The notes under the pieces: model-generated
Database searches by the model: none
The model's input: the letters and a program-made list of their open reading frames with translations, nothing else
What the model was told of the DNA's origin: nothing
NCBI GenBank assembly: GCA_964016885.1
Contig: OZ024741.1
Coordinates: forward strand, 29,388,001-29,452,000
Direction: 5' to 3'
DNA from: Eledone cirrhosa
Lineage: Eukaryota
DNA: 64,000 nucleotides
Part shown: positions 41,681-55,000 of the stretch, piece after piece
Layout: each line of letters begins with the position of its first letter
Position numbering within the stretch: the first letter of the stretch is position 1
Made by a program: the position numbers and the translations under genes

Positions 41681-42545
41681 TTTTCTCTTTCTCTTAATTT
41701 CGAGTATATTTTTTTGACCGGCCACCTTCCTGGTGGCAAGGTTGTAAAAGAAAAGAAATTGTCATCCCTTGAATCGCAAGAATGTTTTGCATATTTTGAA
41801 GGTGCCAGCTATCGCAGCCATTTGTAGACTATGAATTAGGGAGCTGCGCTTTTTGTCCGCAAATCCAAGTTCGGTCATACTTTGGTCCAAGCGGGTTGGT
41901 ATATAACCCGTAGCACCAATAATGATGGGTATGAAGCTAAAGGTGTATCTTGGATACTGGATTTGTAAGCTCCTCATCAATGGTCCGTAGATGTCCTCCT
42001 TCTCCTGTATTTTTCTGACAACGTTTACATCAAGTGGGCAGCTGATCTCCACAACAGAACACGTTTTCAATGTGTGGTCCCAAACTACAATATCAGGCCG
42101 GTTGTGCTTTAATTTGGTGGCAGTTTTTATTTTCAGGTTCCACCAGTATTCCTTAGTGCCATCTGTCTCAATATATTCTTCCTCGTTTGTTGTTAATTTT
42201 GTTTTCCGAAGTGCGTTCCAGATAGTTCTAGCTATCCCATCGTGTCTCATGGGGAGGTAGTAGCGAGATGACATTCTTTCGCAGCTGGCAACAATATGGC
42301 TTACATCCTCGATCTTTGTTTTACATAGCCTACATTTATTGTCAGCTGCTGGCCCTCCTCTTTTGTGCAGCAGATATTTGGTAGGGAGTTCTTGTTCCTG
42401 TATTGCATAGAGATATCCCTCAAGGTGTGATGTCATAAACTTGTCGGAACTCCATGCCAGGCTTTTTGAGTGGTTTATCCCCTCTATGGTCTGTGTTTTA
42501 CGCCTCAAGTATCCATGCACAACTTTCTCTGTAAATTGGTCAATT
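41681..42545 (-). mobile_element. R4/Dong-like RLE LINE (family A), 3' fragment with open frame
   Basis: ORF 41762-42670 with AIQEQ, CRLC..H...C, RHD, HNRPD and EISCP. (ATGT)n on both sides. Confidence 0.9.
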
Positions 42546-42847
42546 ATGTATGTATGTATGTATGTATGTATGCATGTATATATGTATGTATGTATATATG
42601 TATGTATGTCTATATATATATGAGTGTTATATGAGCCTGAAGAGTGACTTGTACATACGAGCAGAAACATATAATCCTACTGTACTGTCTGTTATTATGT
42701 GTAATATCTGCCTGTATTTCCTATCTTAGGAGAAGGATGAAGTTACTTTCAATGAAAAGTAAATGGTTTGGATGTAATCGAATAAAACTGTTAAAGTTGG
42801 TGCATGGGCATGGCCACAGTCCAAACATGGACACCGATAGAATAATA

Positions 42848-43035
42848 ATTGTTTCTACTTTAGGCACAAGGCCAGCAATTATCCCAGTGTATTACTGGTA
42901 CTTTATTTTATCGACCGACCCCGTAAGGATGAAAGGCAAAGTTAACCTCGGCGGGATTTAAACTCAGACCACAAAGGGCCGTAACTCTATGCTGCAAAGC
43001 ATGGCGTCCGACCCTCTACCGATACTGCCAATCCA
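42848..43035 (-). mobile_element. Nin-like SINE copy
   Basis: Matches 2910-3085. Confidence 0.8.
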
Positions 43036-43252
43036 CCGAAAAGAAGATATTGCGTTGTGATTTAAACAAAAGGTGAGATTTGATGTGATGAAAAGATGTT
43101 TCCAGAGAATGATGTGTTTTATCTCGTACACTTATCTACGTACTCTCATTTGCTCGGAACATATACAAACATGCACACAGGCACACAGGCACACAGGCAC
43201 ATAGGCACACACATATATAAATATATATATATATACACATACATGTACACAT

Positions 43253-43345
<93 letters not shown>

Positions 43346-43827
43346 CATATATTTGTATACGGAAGAGATTGAGAAGGAAAGTAATCGATTATTGTGGCAG
43401 GCCATTGATTGTGGTTGCAGGTCAAACAAGTTAAATGTTATCGACAATTTATGTCATCTCGTAGAAGTGGAGAATTATCGACTATTTTTGTCTGACATCC
43501 GGAAGAGAACTACAATATTACGTCAATGTAGTATAAAGAAAACTTCTCTGCTGGCTTTATGTATAGATCTCGTCTGCTTTGATTAGGTAGATCAATCGCA
43601 TTTAGGTAGTCGGTCATTATCATAACAGATTTGTTTCAAATTACTGTCCCCACTGGTTGTTTTAATTGAAATATTTCTCTATACACCCCATTCTTTTTCT
43701 GGTCTCGGAATTTCAAACCGAAATCATTATTGAAATCTCAGTAAATACTAGCGATTTCCTTTGGTGCTTCCCTCTAAAATAAATTATATACAGTAACCCA
43801 GGGTTTGGATTCATGCCAGGCTTTTAA

Positions 43828-44048
43828 CCCTTTAGAATTTATATTACTCTATATATGCTATTATATTCTCACAGTAAAGGCTTTACCTCACATAATTATC
43901 TCACATAATATCAAATCTATGAAACTTTGATATTATTTATTTTGAAAACAATGCCTTAATATCAGTATGAGTGGCCAGTTATGGCCGGTTTGAACAACAA
44001 GAGGTGAGAGAATTCTGGCTGGATATGGCCGGCTTAAATGCTAAAGGG
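43828..44048. mobile_element. piggyBac-like MITE
   Basis: TTAA-CCCTTTAGAATTTA...TAAATGCTAAAGGG-TTAA: TIRs matching 13/14, with TTAA TSD. Confidence 0.75.
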
Positions 44049-44081
44049 TTAACAGAATTTAACACTTATTCTACGATTATA

Positions 44082-44262
44082 ATTGTTTCTACTATTGGCA
44101 CATGACCAGTAATTATTCCAGTGTATTACTGGTACTTTATTTTATCGACCCCGTAAGGATGAAAGGCAAAGTTAACCTCGGCGGGATTTGAACTCAGGCC
44201 ATAAAGGGGCGTAACTCTATGCTGGAAGGCATGGCGTCCGACCCTCTACCGATACTGTCAAT
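44082..44262 (-). mobile_element. Nin-like SINE copy
   Basis: Matches 2910-3085. Confidence 0.8.
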
Positions 44263-44718
44263 TCATACGATTATAATGGCTGCAATATAGGAGATATGAG
44301 CTGGTGGTGGAGTGTGCCTTGTTGCAGATGTGTCGTATGGACGTGGGTGTGGTTTTGGTGTTATCTAGCGTGTTTGTGTGTCCATTTGTATTTAGTTTCT
44401 GGGATTACTTTTCCCTTCACTGCAAGATGAGAATGCTTCTCTGCCAGAAAAATCAAGCTCGGTGGTAGTGCATGTGTGTCTATGACAATGTCTCTGTTTG
44501 AAAGAAGAGAAGAGAGAGAGGAAGAGAAAGAGATGTATTCGGTGTTCACTTGGGTGGTTTTGTTGTTGGTTAGTTCTTGTTAATACTGGTGCTGCTGTTG
44601 TTGTTACTACTGCTGATGTAGTTGTCGTTGCTACTGGGACTACTGTTGGGGTTACTGCTGCTACCAGTACTGGAGTTGATTTTGTTGGGGCCCTGGGTTT
44701 GGTGTGTGTCAAAAGGAG

Positions 44719-44778
44719 TTATATTTTGAATTGTCTTTTTGGAGGAGTATTTTTGAGACTTTCCTTCCTCTTCACTAC
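44719..44778 (-). CDS. Candidate terminal coding exon of an unidentified host gene (VVKRKESLKNTPPKRQFKI*)
   Basis: Preceded by the acceptor TTCTCCTTGTCAG, in non-repetitive sequence. In frame with the candidate micro-exon at 45899-45933. An alternative frame gives an S/N-rich tail ending at 44570. Confidence 0.35.
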   Translation of the reverse strand, partial: VVKRKESLKNTPPKRQFKI

Positions 44779-45663
44779 CTGACAAGGAGAATTCTGTGAC
44801 GGAAACATTAGACACAAATAGGGATGGTAGTACGCTTTTGTGTGTGTCTATGTGTATCTGGCCTTTTCACACGACCATTGATGTAGCTGGGACATGTATA
44901 TGAAATGTGTGCAGCCCAACACAAATTACACCAATAAGAGTCGATCACTCTACAAAATAGTTGAGAAAAGGGAGTAACTAACCCATCAAGATGGAAAAAC
45001 ACCTTATCCAATATTTTCATTCTTTTTTTCATACAGTACATGCAAATGCCACCTTAGTGGAAGTGCATGGTTAGCAGACGGGGAAATATTGTACTTGTTT
45101 GATCAATGTAACAATTTCCAATCGGTTAATGAAGCATGTACTAACAACTAGGAGCCATAGCAATGTAGTACATGCAAAACATTAGATAGAACAACTTCCG
45201 CAGATAATATAATTCTATATAGAATTCCATACGAAATAAATTGAATAATTATAAAAATATCAACGAAACTTTAACAGAATACGTAAATCGTTGAGAAGTT
45301 TGAAATCTTACGTCCATGATGTCCTACTACTGCCATGGTCATTACGATTAGTATTAGGCTTTTAGGCTCTTTTATTTTGATGGAACTCCGCCGGCTGTGA
45401 GATATTATTACATAAATGGATCTGGAAATTTGGGGATACTGTTGTCCAAAATAATCCAAATGATGAAAAATGATGTATTGAAAATGATGTGCTTCGCGAA
45501 AAAGATGGTTACTACACAGACACACACATATGATGATGATGATGATCATCATCATCATCATTTAATGTCTATCTTCCTCACTAGCATGGGTTAGACGGGG
45601 TTGTCCCATTTGAGCCACACACACACACGCACACACACACAAACACACACACACACACACACA

Positions 45664-45739
<76 letters not shown>

Positions 45740-45898
45740 ACACTTAGGAAAATAAAAATAAAAAGGTAACGAACGAAAACAAGGCAAAATGAAAAAAATA
45801 TTGGAAAGGGGAAACCACAAAAAATATTTTTTGAAAATAAAACTAGAAACGAGTAACACAGAAATCGAAAGTGTTCAGTCGGCAGTTTCAACTCCTAC

Positions 45899-45933
45899 CG
45901 ACAGTACTGTGGGTCCATCTGGGGTAGCAACGT
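45899..45933 (-). CDS. Candidate 35-nt micro-exon ((D)VATPDGPTVLS)
   Basis: Acceptor CTTTGTCTTGTGTTAG and donor GTAGGA around a GC-richer island. Confidence 0.3.
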
Positions 45934-46189
45934 CTAACACAAGACAAAGCGCTATCCGTGGAGTAAGAGACAAGACAAAACAACTTTCAGCAATTAAGCT
46001 ATAACATGTACACAGAATTTTATGTGACACCTAGAATGTATTGCGCATGTTATAGTAACGAGTCACATGAGACTGAAACAAAAGAAAAGAAAGAAAAAAG
46101 CGAAAAGGCAAGAAGAAGAAAGTAAGACATCGTGTTAAAATATGTAAACCATTAAAATTAATGTGTGTGTGTATGTATGTATGTATATA

Positions 46190-46790
46190 TTTCAGGTCAC
46201 CAGTTGGTGCTACTGGTAACATGTATCCCTGTACAACCTGTCTCATGGTCGGGTCGTTGGCGACTAAACTGGCAACCCCACCAAGGTTTTTTGGTGAGGA
46301 GGGTGACTTTGGACATCCTGCAGGACTAAAAACAAAACCTGTCAAAGGGCAAAGGAGCTCTTAAGAGTCAATGGCCATCCAAAATCACCGGCAGAGATGA
46401 CCCCTTAGCCTTTGTCAAGGCAGAATTCTAGGAGAAGGAAAACTCTAATATAATACCTGCAACTCTGATGGTATCCAATGATGTTGACATGTTCTTCTTT
46501 TTGGTAAATATCATCTTGGTTAAGAGAGTGGGACTGGCTTTGTGCAGTGCCTTGCTCATTATAAAAGCTTCACGGCACAGGCATATATGGAGATCTCTCT
46601 GCACTTGTCGTCACATGGTACCATGGGCCCAGCACTATGTGTCAATAATTGTCAAAAGTGTAGTGTTTGTACCAGAGTTTTCAAGTCGCTGGCTGGACTA
46701 AAAAGTCACACTCGTTCAGCGCATCGGTAGGGGTTCTCCTACATGGATATAAAGTAGTGGCCGTACTCGAAAACGAGTTGGCAGCCATCA
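46190..46790 (+). mobile_element. Bipartite RTE-derived non-autonomous element (5' UTR + last zinc finger + 3' stem-loop)
   Basis: 46395-46580 resembles the RTE 5' UTR at 34835-35047. Encodes CSVCTRVFKSLAGLKSHTRSAHR*. Ends GGCCGTACTCG-AAAA-CGAGTTGGCAGCCATC. Confidence 0.8.
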
Positions 46791-46803
46791 TGTATATATG
46801 TAT

Positions 46804-47558
46804 GAAATAATCGGGCTGGATACCCGATCGCGTGAAGGGCCCCTAGCCTTTATCAGGGCATTCTTCTAGGACAAACAGTGTGCCGCGAGATCATCCTAAG
46901 TGTCAGGCGAAATTTTGAACGGACAAATTTCTCACTAAAGAAGCCAGCTATTTGACTGATGGAATTCGAAACACTCCAATAAAGTAAGTTCATAGCTATG
47001 TTCTTCTTTATTTAGTTTGAGTCATTCTATGTGTCTATGACTAGTCTGTGTCTAAGGTTGTATGCCGTCTATGACTAGTCTGTGTCTAAGGTTGTATGCC
47101 GTCTATGACTAGTCTGTGTCTAAGGTTGTATGCCGTCTATGACTAGTCTGTGTCTACGGTTCTATGCCGTCTATGACTTACCATGTTTTTATTTTGTAAA
47201 ATTCAAATGGTTTTGATATATATTTAGCTAGGTGTGCCGCTATTTTTTCATGTGCTCCAAGGTGTGCCGTTGGCAAAAAGATGTTGAGAACCACTGTTCT
47301 AGGGGAAAGCAATTCAGGAAACTTGGATAACTTTGACATAAAACCTGCGGCTCATCAGTTACTGATGATGTTGATAATTTTTTCTTTACGGGTTATAGCG
47401 ACTGTCGCTCAGAGAGTGGGATTAGCTCAGTACACAGTCTTTCCTCACTTAAAAAAAAAATCTTCACGGACAGGCATTGCCCGCTAGCATTAATTGATAA
47501 TTATTAATAATGTTATATCGTGCAATGGCCATACTCGATAACGAGGAGGTAGTCATCA
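46804..47558 (+). mobile_element. Second bipartite RTE-derived element (5' UTR fused to 3' terminus), split by a hAT MITE
   Basis: 46804-46871 plus 47297-47515 is colinear with 34807-35080, followed directly by GTGCAATGGCCATACTCGATAACGAGG. Confidence 0.8.
46872..47296. mobile_element. hAT (Charlie-like) MITE with internal 34-bp tandem repeat
   Basis: Right TIR GTTGAGAACCACTG, subterminal GTGTGCCG motifs, and 8-bp TSD TTCTAGG(A/G) at 46864-46871 and 47297-47304. Left TIR eroded. About 4.3 copies of a 34-mer at 47033-47178. Confidence 0.75.
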
Positions 47559-47576
47559 TGTATGTAAGTGTGTATA

Positions 47577-48041
47577 TTCTGGTTTTATAATTTCACAAAT
47601 TTTTGCCAATAGAGAGAGAGTCGGTTTCTAACATAGTTACAAGACTCTCTCATTGGAATTTACACAAAATCAACTAGGTAGATATGTCTGCATGTGTAGA
47701 TAGGTATGCATGCATGTGTAGATATGAATGTTATTGTATGTGTGGATGTGCATGCTTTGAGTTGTATGTTTGCATGTGCATGTGCTTTGTGTCTGTACAC
47801 GTGTATATGCATTTATTAGATGCAGAATTTTTGGAATGTTTTACATATTTTTACTGTTCCATTAATGGATTGTACTTGTAGTTTCCCAACTAGTTGTGTT
47901 CTTTCTGTTCCTCTGAAGCCCAGCTTCTCAAGGTTTGTACTGAGGCAGTTACTAACATACCCCAGTGTCCCAACAATCACAGGCATAAATCGGAAGGTAT
48001 AATCAGGGTGGAGTACCTGCAGATTTCTCATTAGTTCTGCA
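47577..48041 (-). mobile_element. R4/Dong-like RLE LINE (family B), 3' fragment
   Basis: Colinear with 14917-15360. Confidence 0.8.
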
Positions 48042-48068
48042 TATGTGTGTATGTATGTATATATGCAT

Positions 48069-48328
48069 TGTGCAGTGCCTTTGCTCACTATAAAAGCTTC
48101 ACGGCACAGGCCCTGCTTTATATCTGGAGATCTCTCTGCACTTGTCGTCACATGGTACCATGGGCCCAGCACTATGTGACAATAATTGTCACAGGTGTAG
48201 TGTTTGTACCAGAGTTTTCAAGTCGCTGGCTGGACTAAAAAGTCACACTCGTTCAGCGCATCGGTAGGGGTTCTCCTACATGGCTATAAAGTAGTGGCCG
48301 TACTCGAAAACGAGTTGGCAGCCACCAT
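48069..48328 (+). mobile_element. 5'-truncated copy of the bipartite RTE-derived element
   Basis: Near-identical to 46540-46790. Confidence 0.8.
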
Positions 48329-49005
48329 ATATGTATTGTATGTAAGTATGTATATATCTATGCATGTATGTATGTATATATGGGTGTGTTTTTTAAAGCT
48401 AATTTGTTAAATACATAACTGTGTTTAACAGTGACTCAACACGGCTGGACATAGTATGATATATGTATATTTATATGTATGATATATGTATATTAATATG
48501 TAGGGTAGTCAGGATTTACATTCAAACCACGTATTCCTTCAATCTGTCTTTTCGTCGCCAGTAAACATTAGCAAATCGCGAAGAAATGATTAATAATGTT
48601 TTAAATTGCGTTCGATGTGTGATAATATAATCATGCGTCCTTTGACGTCAACCGTTATTTCCCATACATCATTAGAGGCTGATTTGAATTTCGTGAGAAA
48701 GAGTTTGGGAAAATACCAGTAGTTAGAGATATGTTTGATTTGTGTAAAATTATATAATGGTGGCAATAATATCAGCTTTCTGTGGAAGAAAGAAGTGAAA
48801 ATATTTCGACCCATTACTAAATAATGATGCACTTTCTCGGTGATCTCTACTTTATATCCTAATTACCAAATATATTTCAAACGTGATGTGTCCTCAAAGT
48901 GTGGTTAAGAGAATGCACCATTGTGGTGGTGTAATGTAATCTTTGGAGGATTACACTGGGTATTTTATAGTGCTTCATATATAGCTGGCGTACACATTAA
49001 CACTG

Positions 49006-52000
49006 TATAGATTGGTATTGTGTAGGTGACACCAGTACTATAGATTGGTATTGTGTAGGTGACACGAGTACTATAGGTTGGTAGTGTGTAGGTGACATCA
49101 TTACTATAGATTGGTATTGTGTAGGTGACACCAGTACTATAGGTTGGTATTGTGTAGGTGACACCAGTACTATAGATTAGTATTGTGTAGGTGACACCAG
49201 TACTATAGATTGGTATTGTGTAAGTGACACCAGTACTATAGATTGGTATTGTGTAGGTGACATCAGTACTATAGATTGGTATTGTGTAGGTGACATCAGT
49301 ACTATAGATTGGTATTGTGGAGGTGACACCAGTACTATAGATTGGTATTGTGTAGGTGACACCAGTACTATAGATTGGTATTGTGTAGGTGATACCAGTA
49401 CTCTAGATTGGTATTGTGTAGGTGACACCAGTACTATAGATTGGTATTGTGTAGGTGACATCAGTACTATAGATTGGTATTGTGTAGGTGACACCAGTAC
49501 TATAGATTAGTATTGTGTAGGTGACATCAGTACTATAGATTGGTATTGTGTAGGTGACATCAGTACTATAGATTGGTATTGTGTAGGTGACATCAGTACT
49601 ATAGATTAGTATTGTGTAGGTGACACCAGTACTATAGATTAGTATTGTGTAGGTGACACCAGTACTATAGATTAGTATACTGTATGGTGACACCAGTACT
49701 ATAGATTGGTATTGTGTAGGTGACATCAGTACTATAGATTGGTATTGTATAGGTGACACCAGTACTATAGATTAGTATTGTATAGGTGACATCAGTACTA
49801 TACATTGGTATTGTGTAGGTGACACCATTACTATAGATTGGTATTGTGTAGGTGACACCTGTACTATAGATTGGTATTGTGTAGGTGACACCAGTACTAT
49901 AGATTGGTATTGTGTAGGTGACACCAGTACTATAGATTGGTATTGTGTAGGTGACACCAGTACTATAGATTGGTATTGTGTAGGTGACACCTGTACTATA
50001 GATTGGTATTGTGTAGGTGACACCAGTACTATAGATTGGTATTGTGTAGGTGACACCAGTACTATAGATTGGTATTGTGTAGGTGACACCAGTACTATAG
50101 ATTGGTATTGTGTAGGTGACACCTGTACTATAGATTGGTATTGTGTAGGTGACACCAGTACTATAGATTGGTATTGTGTAGGTGACACCAGTACTATAGA
50201 TTGGTATTGTGTAGGTGACACCAGTACTATAGATTGGTATTGTGTAGGTGACACCTGTACTATAGATTGGTATTGTGTAGGTGACACCAGTACTATAGAT
50301 TAGTATTGTGTAGGTGACACCAGTACTATAGATTGGTATTGTGTAGGTGACACCTGTACTATGGATTGGTATCGTGTAGGTGACACCAGTAATATAGATT
50401 AGTATTGTGTAGGTGACACCAGTACTATAGATTGGTATTGAGTAGGTGACACCAGTACTATAGATTGGTATTGTGTAGGTGACACCAGTACTATAGATTG
50501 GTATTATGTAGGTGAAATCTGTACTATAGATTGGTATTGTATAGGTGACACCAGTACTATAGATTGGTATTGTGTAGGTGACACCAGTACTATAGATTAG
50601 TATTGTGTAGGTGACACCAGTACTATAGATTTGTATTGTGTAGGTGACATCAGTACTATAGATTGGTATTGTGTAGGTGACATCAGTACTATAGATTAGT
50701 ATTGTGTAGGTGACACCAGTACTATAGATTGGTATAGTGTAGGTGACATCAGTACTATAGATTGGTATTGTGTAGGTGACATCAGTACTATAGATTTGTA
50801 TTGTGTAGGTGACATCAGTACTATAGATTGGTATTGTATAGGTGACACCAGTACTATAGATTGATATTGTGTAGGTGACACCAGTACTATAGATTGGTAT
50901 TGCGTAGGTGAGACCAGTACTATAGATTGGTATTGTGTAGGTGACATCAGTACTATAGATTGGTATTGTGTAGGTGACATGAGTACTATAGATTTGTATT
51001 GTGTAGGTGACATGAGTACTATAGATTGGTATTGTGTAGGTGACACAAGTACTATAGATTAGTATTGTGTAGGTGACACCAGTACTATAGATTGGTATTG
51101 TGTAGGTGACATCAGTACTTTAGATTATTATTGTGTAGGTGACACCATTACTATAGATTGGTATTGTGTAGGTGACATCAGTACTATAGATTGGTATTGT
51201 GCAGGTGACATCAGTACTATAGATTTGTATTGTGTAGGTGACATCAGTACTATAGATTGGTATTGTGTAGGTGACATCAGTACTATAGATTGGTATTCTG
51301 TAGGTGACATCAGTACTATAGATTGGTATTGTGTAGGTGACATCAGTACTATAGATTGGTATTGTGTAGGTGACACCAGTACTATAGATTAGTATTGTGT
51401 AGGTGACACCAGTACTATAGATTAGTATTGTGTAGGTGACACCAGTACTATAGATTAGTATTGTGTAGGTGACACCAGTACTATAGATTGGTATTGTGTA
51501 GGTGACATCAGTACTATAGATTAGTATTGTGTAGGTGACACCAGTACTATAGATTAGTATTGTGTAGGTGACACCATTACTATAGATTAGTATTGTGTAG
51601 GTGACACCAGTACTATAGATTAGGATTGTGTAGGTGACACCAGTACTATAGATTAGTATTGTGTAGGTGACACCAGTACTATAGATTGGTATTGTGTAGG
51701 TGACACCAGTACTATAGATTGGTATTGTGTAGGTGACACCAGTATTATAGATTGGTATTGTGTAGGTGACACCAGTACTATAGATTGGTATTGTGTAGGT
51801 GACACCTGTACTATAGATTGGTATTGTGTAGGTGACACCAGTACTATAGATTAGTATTGTGTAGGTGACACCAGTACTATAGATTGGTATTGTGTAGGTG
51901 ACACCAGTACTATAGATTGGTATTGTGTAGGTGACACCTGTACTATAGATTGGTATTGTGTAGGTGACACCTGTACTATAGATTGGTATTGTGTAGGTGA

Positions 52001-55000
52001 CACCAGTACTATAGATTAGTATTGTGTAGGTGACACCAGTACTATAGATTGGTATTGTGTAGGTGACACCTGTACTATGGATTGGTATTGTGTAGGTAAC
52101 ACCAGTACTATAGATTAGTATTGTGTAGGTGACACCAGTAATATAGATTGGTACTGTGTAGGTGACACCAGTACTATAGATTGGTATTGTGTAGGTGACA
52201 CCAGTACTATAGATTGGTATTGTGTAGGTGACATCAGTACTATAGATTGGTATTGTGTAGGTGAAATCTGTACTATAGTTTGGTATTGTATAGGTGACAC
52301 CAGTACTATAGATTGGTATTGTGTAGGTGACACCAGTACTATAGATTAGTATTGTGTAGGTGACACCAGTACTATAGATTGGAAATTGTGTAGGTGACAT
52401 CAGTACTATAGATTGGTATTGTGTAGTTGACATCAGTACTATAGATTGGTATTGTGTAGGTGACACCAGTACTATAGATTAGTATTGTGTAGGTGACACC
52501 AGTACTATAGATTAGTATTGAGTAGGTGACACCAGTACTATAGATTAGTATTGTGTAGGTGACACCAGTACTATAGATTAGTATTGTGTAGGTGACACCA
52601 GTACTATAGATTGGTATTGTGTAGGTGACATCAGTACTATAGATTAGTATTGTGTAGGTGACACCAGTACTATAGATTAGTATTGTGTAGGTGACATCAG
52701 TACTATAGATTGGTATTGTATAGGTGACACCAGTACTATAGATTGGTATTGTGTAGGTGGCATCAGTACACTAGATTGATATTGTATAGGTGACACCAGT
52801 ACTATAGATTGCTATTGTGTAGGTGACACCAGTACTATAGATTGGTATTGCGTAGGTGAGACCAGTACTATAGATTGGTATTGTGTAGGTGACATCAGTA
52901 CTATAGATTGGTATTGTGTAGATGACATCAGTACTATAGATTTGTATTGTGTAGGTGACATCAGTACTATAGATTGGTATTGTGTAGTTGACACCAGTAC
53001 TATAGATTAGTATTGTGTAGGTGACACCATTACTATAGATTAGTATTGTGTAGGTGACACCAGTACTATAGATTAGTATTGTGTAGGTGACACCAGTACT
53101 ATAGATTAGTATTGTGTAGGTGACACCAGCACTCTAGATTGGTATTGTGTAGGTGACACCAGTACACTAGATTGGTATTGTGTAGGTGACACCAGTACTT
53201 AAGATTGGTATTGTATAGGTGACATCAGTACAATAGATTGGTATTGTATAGGTGACACCAGTACTATAGATTTGTATTGTATAGGTGACACCAGTACTAT
53301 AGATTGGTATTGCGTAGGTGACACCAGTACTATAGATTGGTATTGCGTAGGTGAGACCAGTACTATAGATTGGTATTGTGTAGGTGACATCAGTACGATA
53401 GATTGGTATTGTGTAGATGACATCAGTACTATAGATTGGTATTGTGTAGGTGACACCAGTACTATAGATTAGTATTGTGTAGGTGACACCAGTACTATAG
53501 ATTGGTATTGTGTAGGTGACACCAGTACTATAGATTGGTATTGTGTAGGTGACATCAGTACTAAAGATTAGTATCGTGTAGGTGACACCATTACTATAGA
53601 TTAGTATTGTGTAGGTGACACCAGTACTATAGATAGGTATTGTGTAGGTGACATCAGTATTATAGATTGGTATTGTGTAGGTGACACCAGTACTATAGAT
53701 TGGTATTGTGTAGGTGACATCAGTACTATAGATTGGTATTGTATAGGTGACACCAGTAATATAGATTGGTATTGTGTAGGTGACATCAGTACTATAGATT
53801 AGTATTGTATAGGTGACACCAGTACTATAGATTGGTATTGTGTAGGTGACACCAGTATTATAGATTAGTATTGTGTAGGTGACACCAGTACTATAGATTA
53901 GTATTGTGTAGGTGACACCAGTACTATAGATTAGTATTGTGTAGGTGACATCAGTAATATAGATTAGTATTGTATAGGTGACACCAGTACTATAGATTGG
54001 TATTGTGTAGGTGACACCAGTACTATAGATTAGTATTGTGTAGGTGACACCAGTACTATAGATTAGTATTGTGTAGGTGACACCAGTACTATAGATTAGT
54101 ATTGTGTAGGTGACATCAGTACTATAGATTAGTATTGTATAGGTGACACCAGTACTATAGATTGGTATTGTGTAGGTGACACCAGTACTATAGATTAGTA
54201 TTGTGTAGGTGACACCAGTACTATAGGTTAGTATTGTGTAGGTGACACCAGTACTATAGATTTGTATTGTGTAGGTGACATCAGTACTATAGATTAGTAT
54301 TGTGTAGGTGATATCAGTACTATAGATTTGTATCGTGTAGGTGACATCAGTACTATAGATTGGTATTGTGTAGGTGACATCAGTATTATAGATTTGTATT
54401 GTGTAGGTGACACCAGTAGTATAGATTGGTATTGTGTAGGTGACACCAGTACTATAGATTGGTATTGCGTAGGTGACACCAGTACTATAGATTAGTATTG
54501 TGTAGGTGACACCTGTACTATAGATTGCTATTGCGTCGGTGACATCAATACTATAGATTGTGTAGGTGACATCAGTACTATAGATTAGTGTTGTGTAGGT
54601 GACACCAGTACTATAGATTGGTATTGTGTAGGTGACACCAATACTATAGATTGGTATTGTGTAGGTTTCACCAGTACTATAGATTGGTATTGTGTAGGTG
54701 ACACCAATACTATAGATTGGTATTGTGTAGGTGACACCAGTACTATAGATTGGTATTGTGTAGGTGACACCAGTACTATAGATTAGTATTGTGTAGGTGA
54801 CATCAGTACTATAGATTAATATTGTGTAGGTGACACCAGTACTATAGATTGGTATTGTGTAGGTGACACCAGTACTATAGATTGGTATTGTGTAGGTGAC
54901 ACCTGTACTATAGATTGGTATTGTGTAGGTGACACCAGTACTATAGATTGGTATTGTGTAGCTGACACCAGTACTATAGATTGGTATTGTGTAGGTGACA

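Noticed and set aside
46190-46310. HDV-like ribozyme in the RTE-derived 5' end
   Set aside because: Partial P4/J4-2-like features are present, but a consistent nested double pseudoknot could not be built by eye.
49006-49050. Monomer resembles the SP6 promoter (TAGGTGACA..CTATAG)
   Set aside because: It is interrupted by 6 nt and sits in a naturally diverged array with higher-order structure. Treated as coincidence, not vector.
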